Assembly (NCBI GenBank): GCA_021295935.1
Contig: JAGWBL010000003.1
Coordinates: forward strand, 1 to 26,036
DNA: 26,036 nucleotides
Direction: 5' to 3'
DNA from: Pseudomonadales bacterium
Lineage (GTDB): Bacteria; Pseudomonadota; Gammaproteobacteria; Pseudomonadales; Azotimanducaceae
Of this stretch, positions 17,179 through 26,036 are shown one piece after another. The notes beneath the pieces are model-generated. The model saw nothing but the letters and a program-made list of their open reading frames with translations, was not told the DNA's origin and searched no databases. Position numbers and translations under genes: made by a program. Within the stretch, counting starts at the first letter, position 1; each line of letters begins with the position of its first letter.

Positions 17179-20100
17179 ATGGTTCGGGACAGATTCCTGC
17201 GGGTCGGCAGGTTCCTATTTGCATGCATTGCTCTTGGCTGGTTCAGCGTTTCGTTTCCGCAGGACAGTAACGAAGAAGAATCCGCGGAGGAGGAATCGCA
17301 GGTCAGCGAAGGGTCAATCGAGGAGATCACGGTCACCGCGAGGCGGGTGGAAGAAGGGCTTCAGGACGTCCCCATTGCCATCAGCGCGTTGACTGAGGAC
17401 ATCATTGAGGAGCGGCAGATCGTAACCGTCTCCGATCTTCAGCTCAACGACACGAGCACGACTTTCACCGGCACCAATTTCGGCGGCGCGTCGCTGACGA
17501 TCCGTGGCGTTGGGCGGTTGGTGATCGGGTCGGCAGGCAATCCGGGCGTATCAACACACATCAACGAGGAGGACCTGCCCTATCAGTACGGGCAACATGA
17601 GTTCTTCGACATTGGGCGCGTCGAGATCCTCAGGGGTCCTCAGGGCACCTTGTACGGCCGCAATGCGCCTGGTGGGTCCATCAACGTCGTCGCCAACATG
17701 CCGGATCCCTCGGGTGCGTACAGCAATGTAGACATGGAGCTGGGCAATTTCGCGCATCGGCGATTCACCGCGACCATGAATGCTGCCTTGGGCGGCAACG
17801 CGGCCGTGCGGGTCTCCGGATTCAGGCTGAACCGGAACGGCTACACCGAGAACCTGGCCTACGGTCAGGTCGGGAGGGTCACGAACCAGACGCTTCCCAA
17901 CATCGATGAGGACATCGACGGCCGCAATATTTCGGCCATGCGATTCACCTTCACTTGGGATTCATCGGATCGAATGTCTTACTGGTTCCAGTACCACTAC
18001 CTCGACGAAGACGACGACCGAAGCCGCAGAACGTCGCAGGTGTGTGTGCGGGACGACTTGCCTGTTCTGGGTTGCGAAGCGAACGAGAAGGGGTTCGAGG
18101 GCCCCAATCTGGGCGGAACGACCGAAGGCGTGTTCACGATGGCGCTGGGTCTGTATCCCCTTGGAGCCTCGGGTGCCGATCCCAGCCTGTACGACCACCC
18201 TCGACCGGAAATCGACAGCTACAGACAGGTTGACATTGATGACGATCCTGTCTTCCAACTGACCGAGCAGATCGTCATGTCCGGCTTGTCCTACCAGTTC
18301 GACATGTTTGAGGTGGCGTTCCACGCCGCATCGTTAGATCGGATCTACCTGTCGCAGGAAGACTACATTGCGGTTGTGGGTCCGCTGCTGGGCGGGCCAA
18401 CAGGTCCATCTCTTCCAGTGTCGGCTCCCAATGGCGCCGCGGGCGATCAATGGACAACGGGCTTGTGCAACATCTTCGACGGGACCGCGGGCATTCATGG
18501 CGGATGCGTGCAAGGCTCTTACCGGCACGCGTACTCGTACGACCAGTCCTCTGGAGACTTCCGGTACACGACCCTGGAAGTGAAGCTCCGGTCGCTTCTC
18601 GATGGCCCGCTGAACCTCCCGGCCGGGGTGTCGATGAATGAAAGCAGGAACATCACGGACTACTACGTTCTGTCGAACACGCTGGATGTCGTCTCGGTCA
18701 GCGGCGTTCCAGACTTCGGGTTGCCCGCCCTCTACCCAGGGTTCTTCCTCAATTCCAATTCCCCATGGAGCGGTTCCGCTGAGGAGAACATGGGTGTCTT
18801 CGGCCAGCTGTATTACGATTTTTCGGACGCGCTGAGATTCACGCTCGGCCTGAGGTACAACGACGATCTCCGAAGCCGGGAAGACTCGAGTGTGTTGTAC
18901 AACGCATACAACCAGTCTCACATCTTTGTCGGCAACGTGTTGCCTGCCTTGCGGGCCCTGTTAGGCATTCCCCCTTCCACGCCCGATGGGGTCGTGATCG
19001 CGACCGGCCAGGCCCTGGGGCTTCTCTCTCCGTTCATGTTCGACGTTCTTCCCACTCTAGGGATCGATCCACTTTGGTCCAGAGCGACTGGCATCCTGTT
19101 GGGTCCGCTCTTGCCAAATCCCGAGTTGAATCTGGCCACCTATTACGGCGCCGATCCGGCGGACATCGACGCTGCATTGCGCACCCCGGCATACAGCCCG
19201 GAGCGTGTCGCCTTGGCGGGATTGATCCCCATCGTGCCCGATTTCGGGGAGTCCCGAGGGCTGACCAACAGTCCCTCGAGTGCGGAATTCACCTTCCTGA
19301 GCTCCCGAGTAGGGTTCGACTACCACCTGAACAACGACTCGATGTTATATGGCTTCTTCAGCCGTGGTTACAAGCCTGGTGGGTTGAATCCCGCGATTCC
19401 GGTCGACTTCCAGGACATTTCCGAGTTCACGTATGACCAAGAGACCGTGAACGCGTTCGAGATCGGAACCAAGAACACCCTGTTGGACGGATTGCTCCGT
19501 CTCAACGGCGCTGCGTTCATCTACGACTATCAGGGACTCCAGTCGACCCGCATCAAGAACAACGCGTCGCTTACCGAGAACATGAATGTCGAGGTCAGTG
19601 GAGTCGAGCTGGACGGAGTCTGGTCAATTCTGTCGGATGGCTCGTTGTTCGTGGACTTCGCGTACACCCTGCTGAACACCTCCATTGTGGACACGCTCTC
19701 GCTCGATCCGTTGAACCGGACGGCCGGCAATCCCGCCTATCTAGCTCTCAAGAACATCGATCCCGGAGCCTCTACGGGCGTGGCATTCGTGGTGCGAGAG
19801 GCGGACATCACCCCCGCGATTCTGCAAATCGCCCTTGCCAACGCCGCGACTGGCGCGATCCTTCCGGTTTTCTATCCGCCCAACGGCATCGGCCTGTCCA
19901 TCCCCGTTTACTGGTCGCGGACCTTCCTGGATTCCCTGGGTGTCGAGACTTTGGAGGGTATCCTGACCGACTTGAGCGGCAATCAGGTGCCGCATGCACC
20001 TCCACACTCGATGCGCGCCGGATTCGCCTACACGCTTCCGAGCGGCGTCTGGTGGGGAGGCGACATGACCGTGCGTTGGGATTTCTACTGGCAGGCTGAA

Positions 20101-20346
20101 CAGTTCTCCCGCGAGTTCAATACTCCGGGAGACTTGATCGAGGCTTGGAGCCAACACAATTTCTCCCTGAATTTCGTGAGCGCGAACGGGCGCTGGGAAG
20201 GACGGTTCTGGGTTCGGAACGTGATGGATGCAGAAAACGTGACCGGCGAGTACCTGACTTCGGACACGTCCGGCTTTTTCAGGAACGCGTTCACGACGGA
20301 GCCAAGAATTTTCGGGCTAAGCGCACGCGCGCGCTTTGGTGGCTAG
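17179..20346 (+). CDS. TonB-dependent outer membrane receptor
   Basis: 1055 aa; signal peptide, TonB-box-like EEITVTARR, plug motif VEILRGPQGTLYGRNAPGGSINV, barrel motifs YGFFSRGYKPGG and EPRIFGLSARARF. Confidence 0.95.
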   Translation: MVRDRFLRVGRFLFACIALGWFSVSFPQDSNEEESAEEESQVSEGSIEEITVTARRVEEGLQDVPIAISALTEDIIEERQIVTVSDLQLNDTSTTFTGTNFGGASLTIRGVGRLVIGSAGNPGVSTHINEEDLPYQYGQHEFFDIGRVEILRGPQGTLYGRNAPGGSINVVANMPDPSGAYSNVDMELGNFAHRRFTATMNAALGGNAAVRVSGFRLNRNGYTENLAYGQVGRVTNQTLPNIDEDIDGRNISAMRFTFTWDSSDRMSYWFQYHYLDEDDDRSRRTSQVCVRDDLPVLGCEANEKGFEGPNLGGTTEGVFTMALGLYPLGASGADPSLYDHPRPEIDSYRQVDIDDDPVFQLTEQIVMSGLSYQFDMFEVAFHAASLDRIYLSQEDYIAVVGPLLGGPTGPSLPVSAPNGAAGDQWTTGLCNIFDGTAGIHGGCVQGSYRHAYSYDQSSGDFRYTTLEVKLRSLLDGPLNLPAGVSMNESRNITDYYVLSNTLDVVSVSGVPDFGLPALYPGFFLNSNSPWSGSAEENMGVFGQLYYDFSDALRFTLGLRYNDDLRSREDSSVLYNAYNQSHIFVGNVLPALRALLGIPPSTPDGVVIATGQALGLLSPFMFDVLPTLGIDPLWSRATGILLGPLLPNPELNLATYYGADPADIDAALRTPAYSPERVALAGLIPIVPDFGESRGLTNSPSSAEFTFLSSRVGFDYHLNNDSMLYGFFSRGYKPGGLNPAIPVDFQDISEFTYDQETVNAFEIGTKNTLLDGLLRLNGAAFIYDYQGLQSTRIKNNASLTENMNVEVSGVELDGVWSILSDGSLFVDFAYTLLNTSIVDTLSLDPLNRTAGNPAYLALKNIDPGASTGVAFVVREADITPAILQIALANAATGAILPVFYPPNGIGLSIPVYWSRTFLDSLGVETLEGILTDLSGNQVPHAPPHSMRAGFAYTLPSGVWWGGDMTVRWDFYWQAEQFSREFNTPGDLIEAWSQHNFSLNFVSANGRWEGRFWVRNVMDAENVTGEYLTSDTSGFFRNAFTTEPRIFGLSARARFGG

Positions 20347-20430
20347 CAGCAGACGCCTGCACGCGAACGACAATCCGCTCGAGCCCGCGCTCCAGAACTG
20401 CTGGAAGCGGGCATCGCGTTCTGCTACTAG
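20343..20430. repeat. 88-bp element bounded by imperfect inverted repeats, with internal hairpin
   Basis: CTAGCAGCAGACGC (20343-20356) versus GCGTTCTGCTACTAG (20416-20430): one mismatch and one indel. Inner stem GCCCGC..TCCAG / CTGGA..GCGGGC at 20383-20412. Confidence 0.55.
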
Positions 20431-20754
20431 AGAGCCAGCCTACGCGGAATTGACACCGTTCTTAGTCGTGCTCGGTCTCGAAACCGCACGGCAGCACGAA
20501 CACGTCCAGTGGGCGGGTGATGTAGCGAGAACACGGAGCGGTGTCGAACGCGAATCGGATCACGAATGCAATCCGTTGCGCGGCGAAGTTCCTTGCATTT
20601 GTTCCATGTGACTGCAAGTATCAAGACCCGAACGCTTCGCCTGTCCCGGTAATGCGACAAGCAGCGCGGTTCGGCTCGTCGGGTTCAACAGCCCTGCGAC
20701 AGTCTCTCGCAAGCATGGCATCATCTTGACATTGTTGACGCGGCCAAGATCCAA

Positions 20755-22209
20755 GTGACAAACACATCGTGGGAGTTCGCCTCGTGCGTGGATCTGCACG
20801 CGGCCATCTGTCGTCGGGAGCTTTCCAGCACGGAACTTCTACTGCACTATCTGGGCCGACTGGACCGGTTCAATCCCAGCATAAACGCCGTGGTCGTGGA
20901 CCGCCGCAAACTGGCGCTCGAAGAGGCGCGAGAGGCGGACAGGGCCCTTGAGTCGGGTCGGGCGCCGGCTCCTCTGCACGGCATCCCAATGACCATCAAG
21001 GAAAGCTACGACGTCGCCGGCCTGCCTACCACTTGGGGCGCCACGGATCTCCAGGACAACATAGCAACAAGAGACTCAGTCGCAGTTCAGCGATTGCGGA
21101 GGGCCGGGGCCGTGATCTACGGCAAGACCAATGTGCCCTACCTGCTGGCGGACATCCAGACGTACAACAGCGTGTACGGCACGACGAACAACCCCTTTTG
21201 CCTGGAGCTTTCTCCGGGAGGCTCCTCCGGCGGGTCGGCCGCGGCGCTGGCGGCCGGACTCTGCGCGCTTGAATCCGGGTCGGACATTGGCGGCTCGATC
21301 CGCAATCCAGCGCACTTCTGTGGTGTGTTCGGACACAAGCCAACCTGGATTGTGCTGCCGCCACGCGGCCATGCCCCTCCCAATGTCCTCTCGCCGACCG
21401 ACATCGCCGTGATCGGACCACTCGCTCGGAGCGCCAGGGATTTGGACGTCGCGTTCCGAGTCATGGCGGGACCCGACGAGATCCAAGCTCGCGGCGTGGT
21501 GTTGCGATTGCCGGAACTGACGGAGCGGCCCTCCGAACTTCGCATCGCGGCTTGGCGCGACGACGATCAAGCCGAAGTGAGCGGGGAGGTCGCGGAGCGA
21601 GTGGACCGAGTTGGCGAGGCGTTGCGCTTGATGGGAGCACGAGTCGACTTCGAGGCGAGGCCCGAGATTTCCTCGGAACACACGCACTTCGTGTATCGCT
21701 GCCTCCTGAACGCCACCATGACAGCACGGCAGCCCGAATCCCGGTATCGCAAGATCGAGGAGTTCGTCGAGAGCATCCCCGCGATCGACACCTCGAGAGA
21801 TTCCCAGGTCTCGAGATCGCAGATCGCTTCCTTCAGGGACTGGGGTGTATGGAACGAGCAACGGACACACATTCGTTGGGCGTGGCACAGGTTCTTCCAG
21901 GAGTTCGACTTCGTCGTGGCGCCGATCATGGCAACAGCCGCGTTTCCCCACGATCATGGTCAGATGAGCAAGCGGACCGTCAATGTCAACGGGACAGCCC
22001 AGGAGATGTACCGACAGATATTCTGGGCGGGACTTGCAAGCAACGCCTACCTGCCTGCCACCGTTATCCCCACAGGCACAAACGCCCGCGGCCTGCCCAT
22101 CGGGGTGCAAATCATCGGCCCCGAGTACGGCGACCTGCGAACCATCGGATTGGCACGATTGCTGGAAGCCGAGGGGTTCGCTTTCGTCCCGCCCCCGGGG
22201 TACGAGTGA
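20755..22209 (+). CDS. Amidase signature family protein
   Basis: LHGIPMTIKES (Lys), PGGSSGGSAAALAAG, GSDIGGSIRNPAHFCG (Ser-cisSer), GLPIGVQIIG. Confidence 0.95.
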   Translation: MTNTSWEFASCVDLHAAICRRELSSTELLLHYLGRLDRFNPSINAVVVDRRKLALEEAREADRALESGRAPAPLHGIPMTIKESYDVAGLPTTWGATDLQDNIATRDSVAVQRLRRAGAVIYGKTNVPYLLADIQTYNSVYGTTNNPFCLELSPGGSSGGSAAALAAGLCALESGSDIGGSIRNPAHFCGVFGHKPTWIVLPPRGHAPPNVLSPTDIAVIGPLARSARDLDVAFRVMAGPDEIQARGVVLRLPELTERPSELRIAAWRDDDQAEVSGEVAERVDRVGEALRLMGARVDFEARPEISSEHTHFVYRCLLNATMTARQPESRYRKIEEFVESIPAIDTSRDSQVSRSQIASFRDWGVWNEQRTHIRWAWHRFFQEFDFVVAPIMATAAFPHDHGQMSKRTVNVNGTAQEMYRQIFWAGLASNAYLPATVIPTGTNARGLPIGVQIIGPEYGDLRTIGLARLLEAEGFAFVPPPGYE

Positions 22210-23156
22210 CTTCCTCGGCAACAGCGGAGGCTCACCCCAACATCGCGCTGGTGAAGTACTGGGGCAAGGAGGACGATGTATTGAACATCCCATCCTCGCC
22301 ATCTCTCTCCTTAACGATTGACCGACTCTCCGCCCACACCAGAGTGTTGCCAGGTTCCGATTCGTTCCTGTTGAACGGCGAACTTGTGCAAGATCCCAAG
22401 ACCAGGGCATGGACAGACAGAATCAGAAGGGAACTGCATCTGCCGGCGTTCGGCATCGAGTCGAGCACGAATTTCCCGGTCGGAAGCGGGCTTGCATCCT
22501 CGGCCGCCGGATTTGCGGCCCTTGTCACGGCGGTTGACTCGGCCTTCGAACTCGGCATGTCCGACGCAGAACGTTCGCGTTGGGCACGGCTGGGCTCAGC
22601 TTCGGCCGCTCGCTCGATTTTCGGCGGGTTCTGCGCGCTCGAACCGCGAGACGGAGACTGTGAGACAAGCGCCCTGTTCGGACGCAGTCACTGGGATCTC
22701 GAGGTCGTGGTGGCTGTGACCTCTCGAAGGCGCAAGCCGGTGAGTTCGACAGAGGGAATGGTCCGATGCAAGGAGACTTCGCCCTACTTTGCCAGCTGGT
22801 TGCAGTCCTGCGGGGAGGACTTCGCCGCGATGCGTCCCGCCGTGGCGTCGAAGGACTTCGAGCACGTAGGCGAGATCGCCGAGTCGAATTGCCTGCGGAT
22901 GCACGCGGTGATGATGGGCGCTGTACCTCCCTTGGTGTACTGGAACGCGACAACTCTTGCAGTGATCGATTCGCTCGTGCTGCTGCGGGAGGCAGGAATT
23001 CGAGTGTTCTACACCATCGACGCAGGGCCGCAGGTCAAGGCCGTTTGTGCGGACGGCTCCGGCGCGTTCGTGCGCGAGCGCCTTCGCAAGGTGCCCGGTG
23101 TTCTGGAAGCCGTTCTCTGTCGCGTCGGTGAAGGGGCGCGTGTCAAGGGCAATTGA
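22206..23156 (+). CDS. mvaD: Diphosphomevalonate decarboxylase
   Basis: HPNIALVKYWGK, NFPVGSGLASSAAGFAAL, ARLGSASAARS, TIDAGPQVK; GTG at 22206 overlaps the amidase TGA. Confidence 0.94.
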   Translation: MTSSATAEAHPNIALVKYWGKEDDVLNIPSSPSLSLTIDRLSAHTRVLPGSDSFLLNGELVQDPKTRAWTDRIRRELHLPAFGIESSTNFPVGSGLASSAAGFAALVTAVDSAFELGMSDAERSRWARLGSASAARSIFGGFCALEPRDGDCETSALFGRSHWDLEVVVAVTSRRRKPVSSTEGMVRCKETSPYFASWLQSCGEDFAAMRPAVASKDFEHVGEIAESNCLRMHAVMMGAVPPLVYWNATTLAVIDSLVLLREAGIRVFYTIDAGPQVKAVCADGSGAFVRERLRKVPGVLEAVLCRVGEGARVKGN

Positions 23157-24108
23157 AGCCTCCGCTCCCGGCAAGCTGGTGCTTGCGGGGGAGTACGCGG
23201 TGTTGGAGGGAGCGCCGGGGATCGCGATGGCGCTCAATCGCCGAGCACGCTGCAAGGTGGAGAGATCGGACGACGCCAGGTGGAAATTCTCGACGCAGTT
23301 CGCACACTGGGAATCCGAGCACACCCGTGAATCGCTGGAGCGACAGCTGGCGAGCGATGATCCCGCCTGCATGGTCAGGCATGTTTGCGATCCAAGCCTG
23401 TTGCCATCTGGAGGCAGGGTGGTCTTGGATTCCTCAAGCCTCTACTCGTCCAGCGCCAAGCTCGGGCTGGGTTCGAGCGCCGCCCTGCTGATCTCGCTCG
23501 GGCTGGGACTGAACAGCGTCATCGGTCGGACACTTGAGTTCAAGGACTGTCTCGTCGCGCATCGCCGACTTCAGAAGGGAGCCGGCAGCGGCATCGATGT
23601 CGCAGCGTGTTGGCACGGCGGATGCATCACCTTTCGTGCAGGCGGGCCTGCCCGAGTGAGGATGGACCCTTCGGTCCGGATCTGTCTGGTGTGGACCGGC
23701 GGATCGACCGTCACGGGCGAGAAACTTGCGCGATTCCATCAGTGGAGAGCTGCCGCTCGTTCGTCAACCATGGATCGCCTTCGGGCTCATGCTGAGGAAG
23801 TGATCGAGGCGCTCGACGACGGCGAGGCGTTTGTCCGGGCTTGCAGCGCTTACGGAGATGCGATGTCCGAGATTGATGAAGCCGCTGGTCTGGGGTACTG
23901 GAGCACCCCGCACCGACAGATTCGAAGGTACGCAGAAGCCGTTCGGATAACCTACAAGCCGAGCGGTGCGGGCGGTGGCGATGTCGGCTTCGCATGCACG
24001 ACCGATCCGGACCGCTTGCAGAAATTTGTAGAGCAACTTGCGGACACCCCTTTTCGGGTGATCCCGGCGGAGGTAAGCGAAAGTGGCGCAACCTGCGAGA
24101 CCGTCTAG
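23140..24108 (+). CDS. mvaK2: Phosphomevalonate kinase (GHMP kinase)
   Basis: APGKLVLAGEYAVL, KLGLGSSAA, GSGIDVAA, KPSGAGGGD; GTG at 23140 with GAAGGGG upstream. PMK assignment rests on the GEYAVL motif and its position between mvaD and a separate mevalonate kinase. Confidence 0.82.
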   Translation: MSRAIEASAPGKLVLAGEYAVLEGAPGIAMALNRRARCKVERSDDARWKFSTQFAHWESEHTRESLERQLASDDPACMVRHVCDPSLLPSGGRVVLDSSSLYSSSAKLGLGSSAALLISLGLGLNSVIGRTLEFKDCLVAHRRLQKGAGSGIDVAACWHGGCITFRAGGPARVRMDPSVRICLVWTGGSTVTGEKLARFHQWRAAARSSTMDRLRAHAEEVIEALDDGEAFVRACSAYGDAMSEIDEAAGLGYWSTPHRQIRRYAEAVRITYKPSGAGGGDVGFACTTDPDRLQKFVEQLADTPFRVIPAEVSESGATCETV

Positions 24109-26036
24109 CACATCACGCATACCCAGCTTCTTTCAGCTGGACCTGCATGAACGAATCGAAGCGCTGAGAGAGCGGAATGTCCTCTCCGACACTGACCTGA
24201 GAGCGCTCAGGTCCGGCAAGCACACTCTCCAGGCCTCCACAGCCGACCACATGATCGAGAACGTGGTGGGAGTCATGGGACTGCCCCTCGGTCTCGGCCT
24301 CAACTTCCTGATCAATGGTCGAGAGGTGATAGTTCCGCTGGTCACGGAGGAGCCATCCATCGTCGCTGGACTTTCCGGCGCTGCCCGAGTGGCTCGTCTG
24401 TCTGGCGGATTTCACGCCGAAGCCACGGAGCCCGTGCTCGTGGGACAAGTGCAGGTCGTTGGACTCGATGATCCGGAAGCCGCCCAGACCAGGCTCGAAG
24501 AAGCGAGAGAAGACGTGCTCGGGCTCGCAAACAACTTGCATCCGAAGATGGTTGCGCGGGGCGGTGGTGCCAAGGACATCCAGACCTTCGTGCATCGATT
24601 GCCCGATGGCAAGCCTCCTATGCTCGTCCTGCACCTCTTGGTGGACACGCGCGATGCGATGGGCGCCAACGTGGTCAACGGCATGTGCGAAGGTGTTGCC
24701 GCGCTCGTGGAGTCCGTTACCGGAGGCAATGTGTTCCTTCGCATCCTCTCCAATCTGACCGATCGGGCGCTGGTCAAGGCGATCGTGAAGATCCCGACCA
24801 GCAATCTCCTGGTCCAGGGTTACTCCGGAGAGGAGGTTCGGGATGGAATCGTGCTGGCGAGCGACCTGGCTCGGGTCGACCGTTACCGGGCTACGACCCA
24901 CAACAAGGGAATCATGAACGGCGTGGACGCAGTCGCGATTGCGACCGGCAATGACTTCCGCGCCATCGAGGCTGCGGCTCACGCCTACGCGGCACGTGAC
25001 GGCACCTACTCGTCCTTGTCCTCGTGGGAGGCTGAGGACGACTGCCTTGTCGGAAGAATCGAAATGCCCATGAAGGTGGGCACGGTCGGAGGATCGCTCG
25101 AGGTCAACCCAACGGTCAAGATCAACCATCGTCTCATGGGACTGCCGAACGCAAGGGAATTGGCTGCCATCATGGGCGCGGTGGGACTTGCCCAGAACTA
25201 TGCCGCACTTCGTGCCTTGGCGACTGCGGGCATTCAGCAAAACCACATGACCTTGCACGCGCGAAGCGTGGCTTCAACGGCCGGCGTGCCATCCGAGCAC
25301 TTCAATGCGGTGGTCGATGGGCTGATCGAACAGGGCGACATAAAGGTCTGGAAGGCCAAGGAGATCCTGAAGCACATCGAGTCGGAAGGCACCGAAGTGG
25401 ATCCTGCGGCTGGCGCTTCCCCACGAAGTTCCGCATTTGGCAAGGTGATCCTCTTCGGCGAGCATGCCACGGTCTATGGCCATCCTGCGCTGGCGGCGCC
25501 TGTTCCTTTGGCTGTGGAAGCGCGCGTCCTGGATTCCAACCGCAAGCTCTTGGTGGAGCCAAGGTGGAAAATGGAGCAAAGGATTCCGGATGTTGCCGAA
25601 CGGCCGCAGGGGCTGCCGGGCATGCTCGCGCTGGTGCTGCAGCAACTGGGTATCGAGAACCGGGGCATGGTGATCGAGGCGTTTCCGAACATTCCGCGAG
25701 CAGTGGGGCTGGGAGGTTCGGCCGCGCTGGCTGTGGCGGTCATCAGAGCCCTGTCCGAGTACTTTGAGCTCGGACTCCGCAATGACGAAATCAATGCTTT
25801 CGCCTACGAATGCGAACGTGCGGCACACGGCAATCCTTCAGGAGTCGACAACACCGTAGCCACTTGGGGGGTTCCCTTGGAATTCAAGCGCGGCATGGAC
25901 GGTCAGCCATCCACACATGTCGAGCGTCGCCCAGGTCGCTCGGTACCGGTGCTTGTCGGCCTGTCAGGCAAGGAGAGCATGACCGCCCGGATGGTGGAAA
26001 AGGTCCGGGCAAGTCGAGAGCGCCACACCCGGTTCT
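24083..26036 (+). CDS. Fused class II HMG-CoA reductase :: mevalonate kinase, 3' end truncated by window edge
   Basis: GTG at 24083 with GGAGGT 8 nt upstream; 651 codons without a stop, checked by hand. HMGR motifs ENVVG, EEPSIV, DAMGAN, THNKGIMNG, GNDFRA, HMTLH; then MVK motifs GKVILFGEHATVYG, PRAVGLGGSAA, HGNPSGVD. Not in the ORF track. Confidence 0.94.
   Translation, partial: MAQPARPSSTSRIPSFFQLDLHERIEALRERNVLSDTDLRALRSGKHTLQASTADHMIENVVGVMGLPLGLGLNFLINGREVIVPLVTEEPSIVAGLSGAARVARLSGGFHAEATEPVLVGQVQVVGLDDPEAAQTRLEEAREDVLGLANNLHPKMVARGGGAKDIQTFVHRLPDGKPPMLVLHLLVDTRDAMGANVVNGMCEGVAALVESVTGGNVFLRILSNLTDRALVKAIVKIPTSNLLVQGYSGEEVRDGIVLASDLARVDRYRATTHNKGIMNGVDAVAIATGNDFRAIEAAAHAYAARDGTYSSLSSWEAEDDCLVGRIEMPMKVGTVGGSLEVNPTVKINHRLMGLPNARELAAIMGAVGLAQNYAALRALATAGIQQNHMTLHARSVASTAGVPSEHFNAVVDGLIEQGDIKVWKAKEILKHIESEGTEVDPAAGASPRSSAFGKVILFGEHATVYGHPALAAPVPLAVEARVLDSNRKLLVEPRWKMEQRIPDVAERPQGLPGMLALVLQQLGIENRGMVIEAFPNIPRAVGLGGSAALAVAVIRALSEYFELGLRNDEINAFAYECERAAHGNPSGVDNTVATWGVPLEFKRGMDGQPSTHVERRPGRSVPVLVGLSGKESMTARMVEKVRASRERHTRF

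Noticed and set aside
21552-22205. ORF-track 534-aa version of mvaD suggesting an extra N-terminal domain
   Set aside because: The extension lies wholly within the amidase gene in another frame; MvaD homology begins at 22206.
24113-25828. Minus-strand ORFs of 381 aa and 184 aa
   Set aside because: Antisense shadows of the HMGR::MVK gene.

Overview
GC-rich bacterial chromosomal window with no rRNA, tRNA or CRISPR array seen. It is probably gammaproteobacterial, inferred from the polA/DUF2782/type II thrB block and the TonB-dependent receptor. Left to right: a MacAB/YknXYZ-like ABC export operon (MFP, ATPase, two permeases, the last cut by the left edge); a ZIP metal transporter interrupted by an in-frame TAG; polA with a degenerate proofreading domain; DUF2782 and thrB; a minus-strand SURF1-SCO-egtB-egtD run; a decayed tnpB; purE-tsaC; a convergent cytochrome b / cytochrome c' pair; a 1055-aa TonB-dependent receptor; and an overlapping amidase-mvaD-phosphomevalonate kinase-[HMG-CoA reductase::mevalonate kinase] operon running off the right edge. 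The two edge genes are missing from the ORF track and were translated by hand. Best leads: the HMGR::MVK fusion operon coupled to an amidase, the amber-split ZIP, the exonuclease-dead PolA, and ergothioneine genes joined to oxidase-assembly genes. All family calls come from motif recognition; no database search was run.
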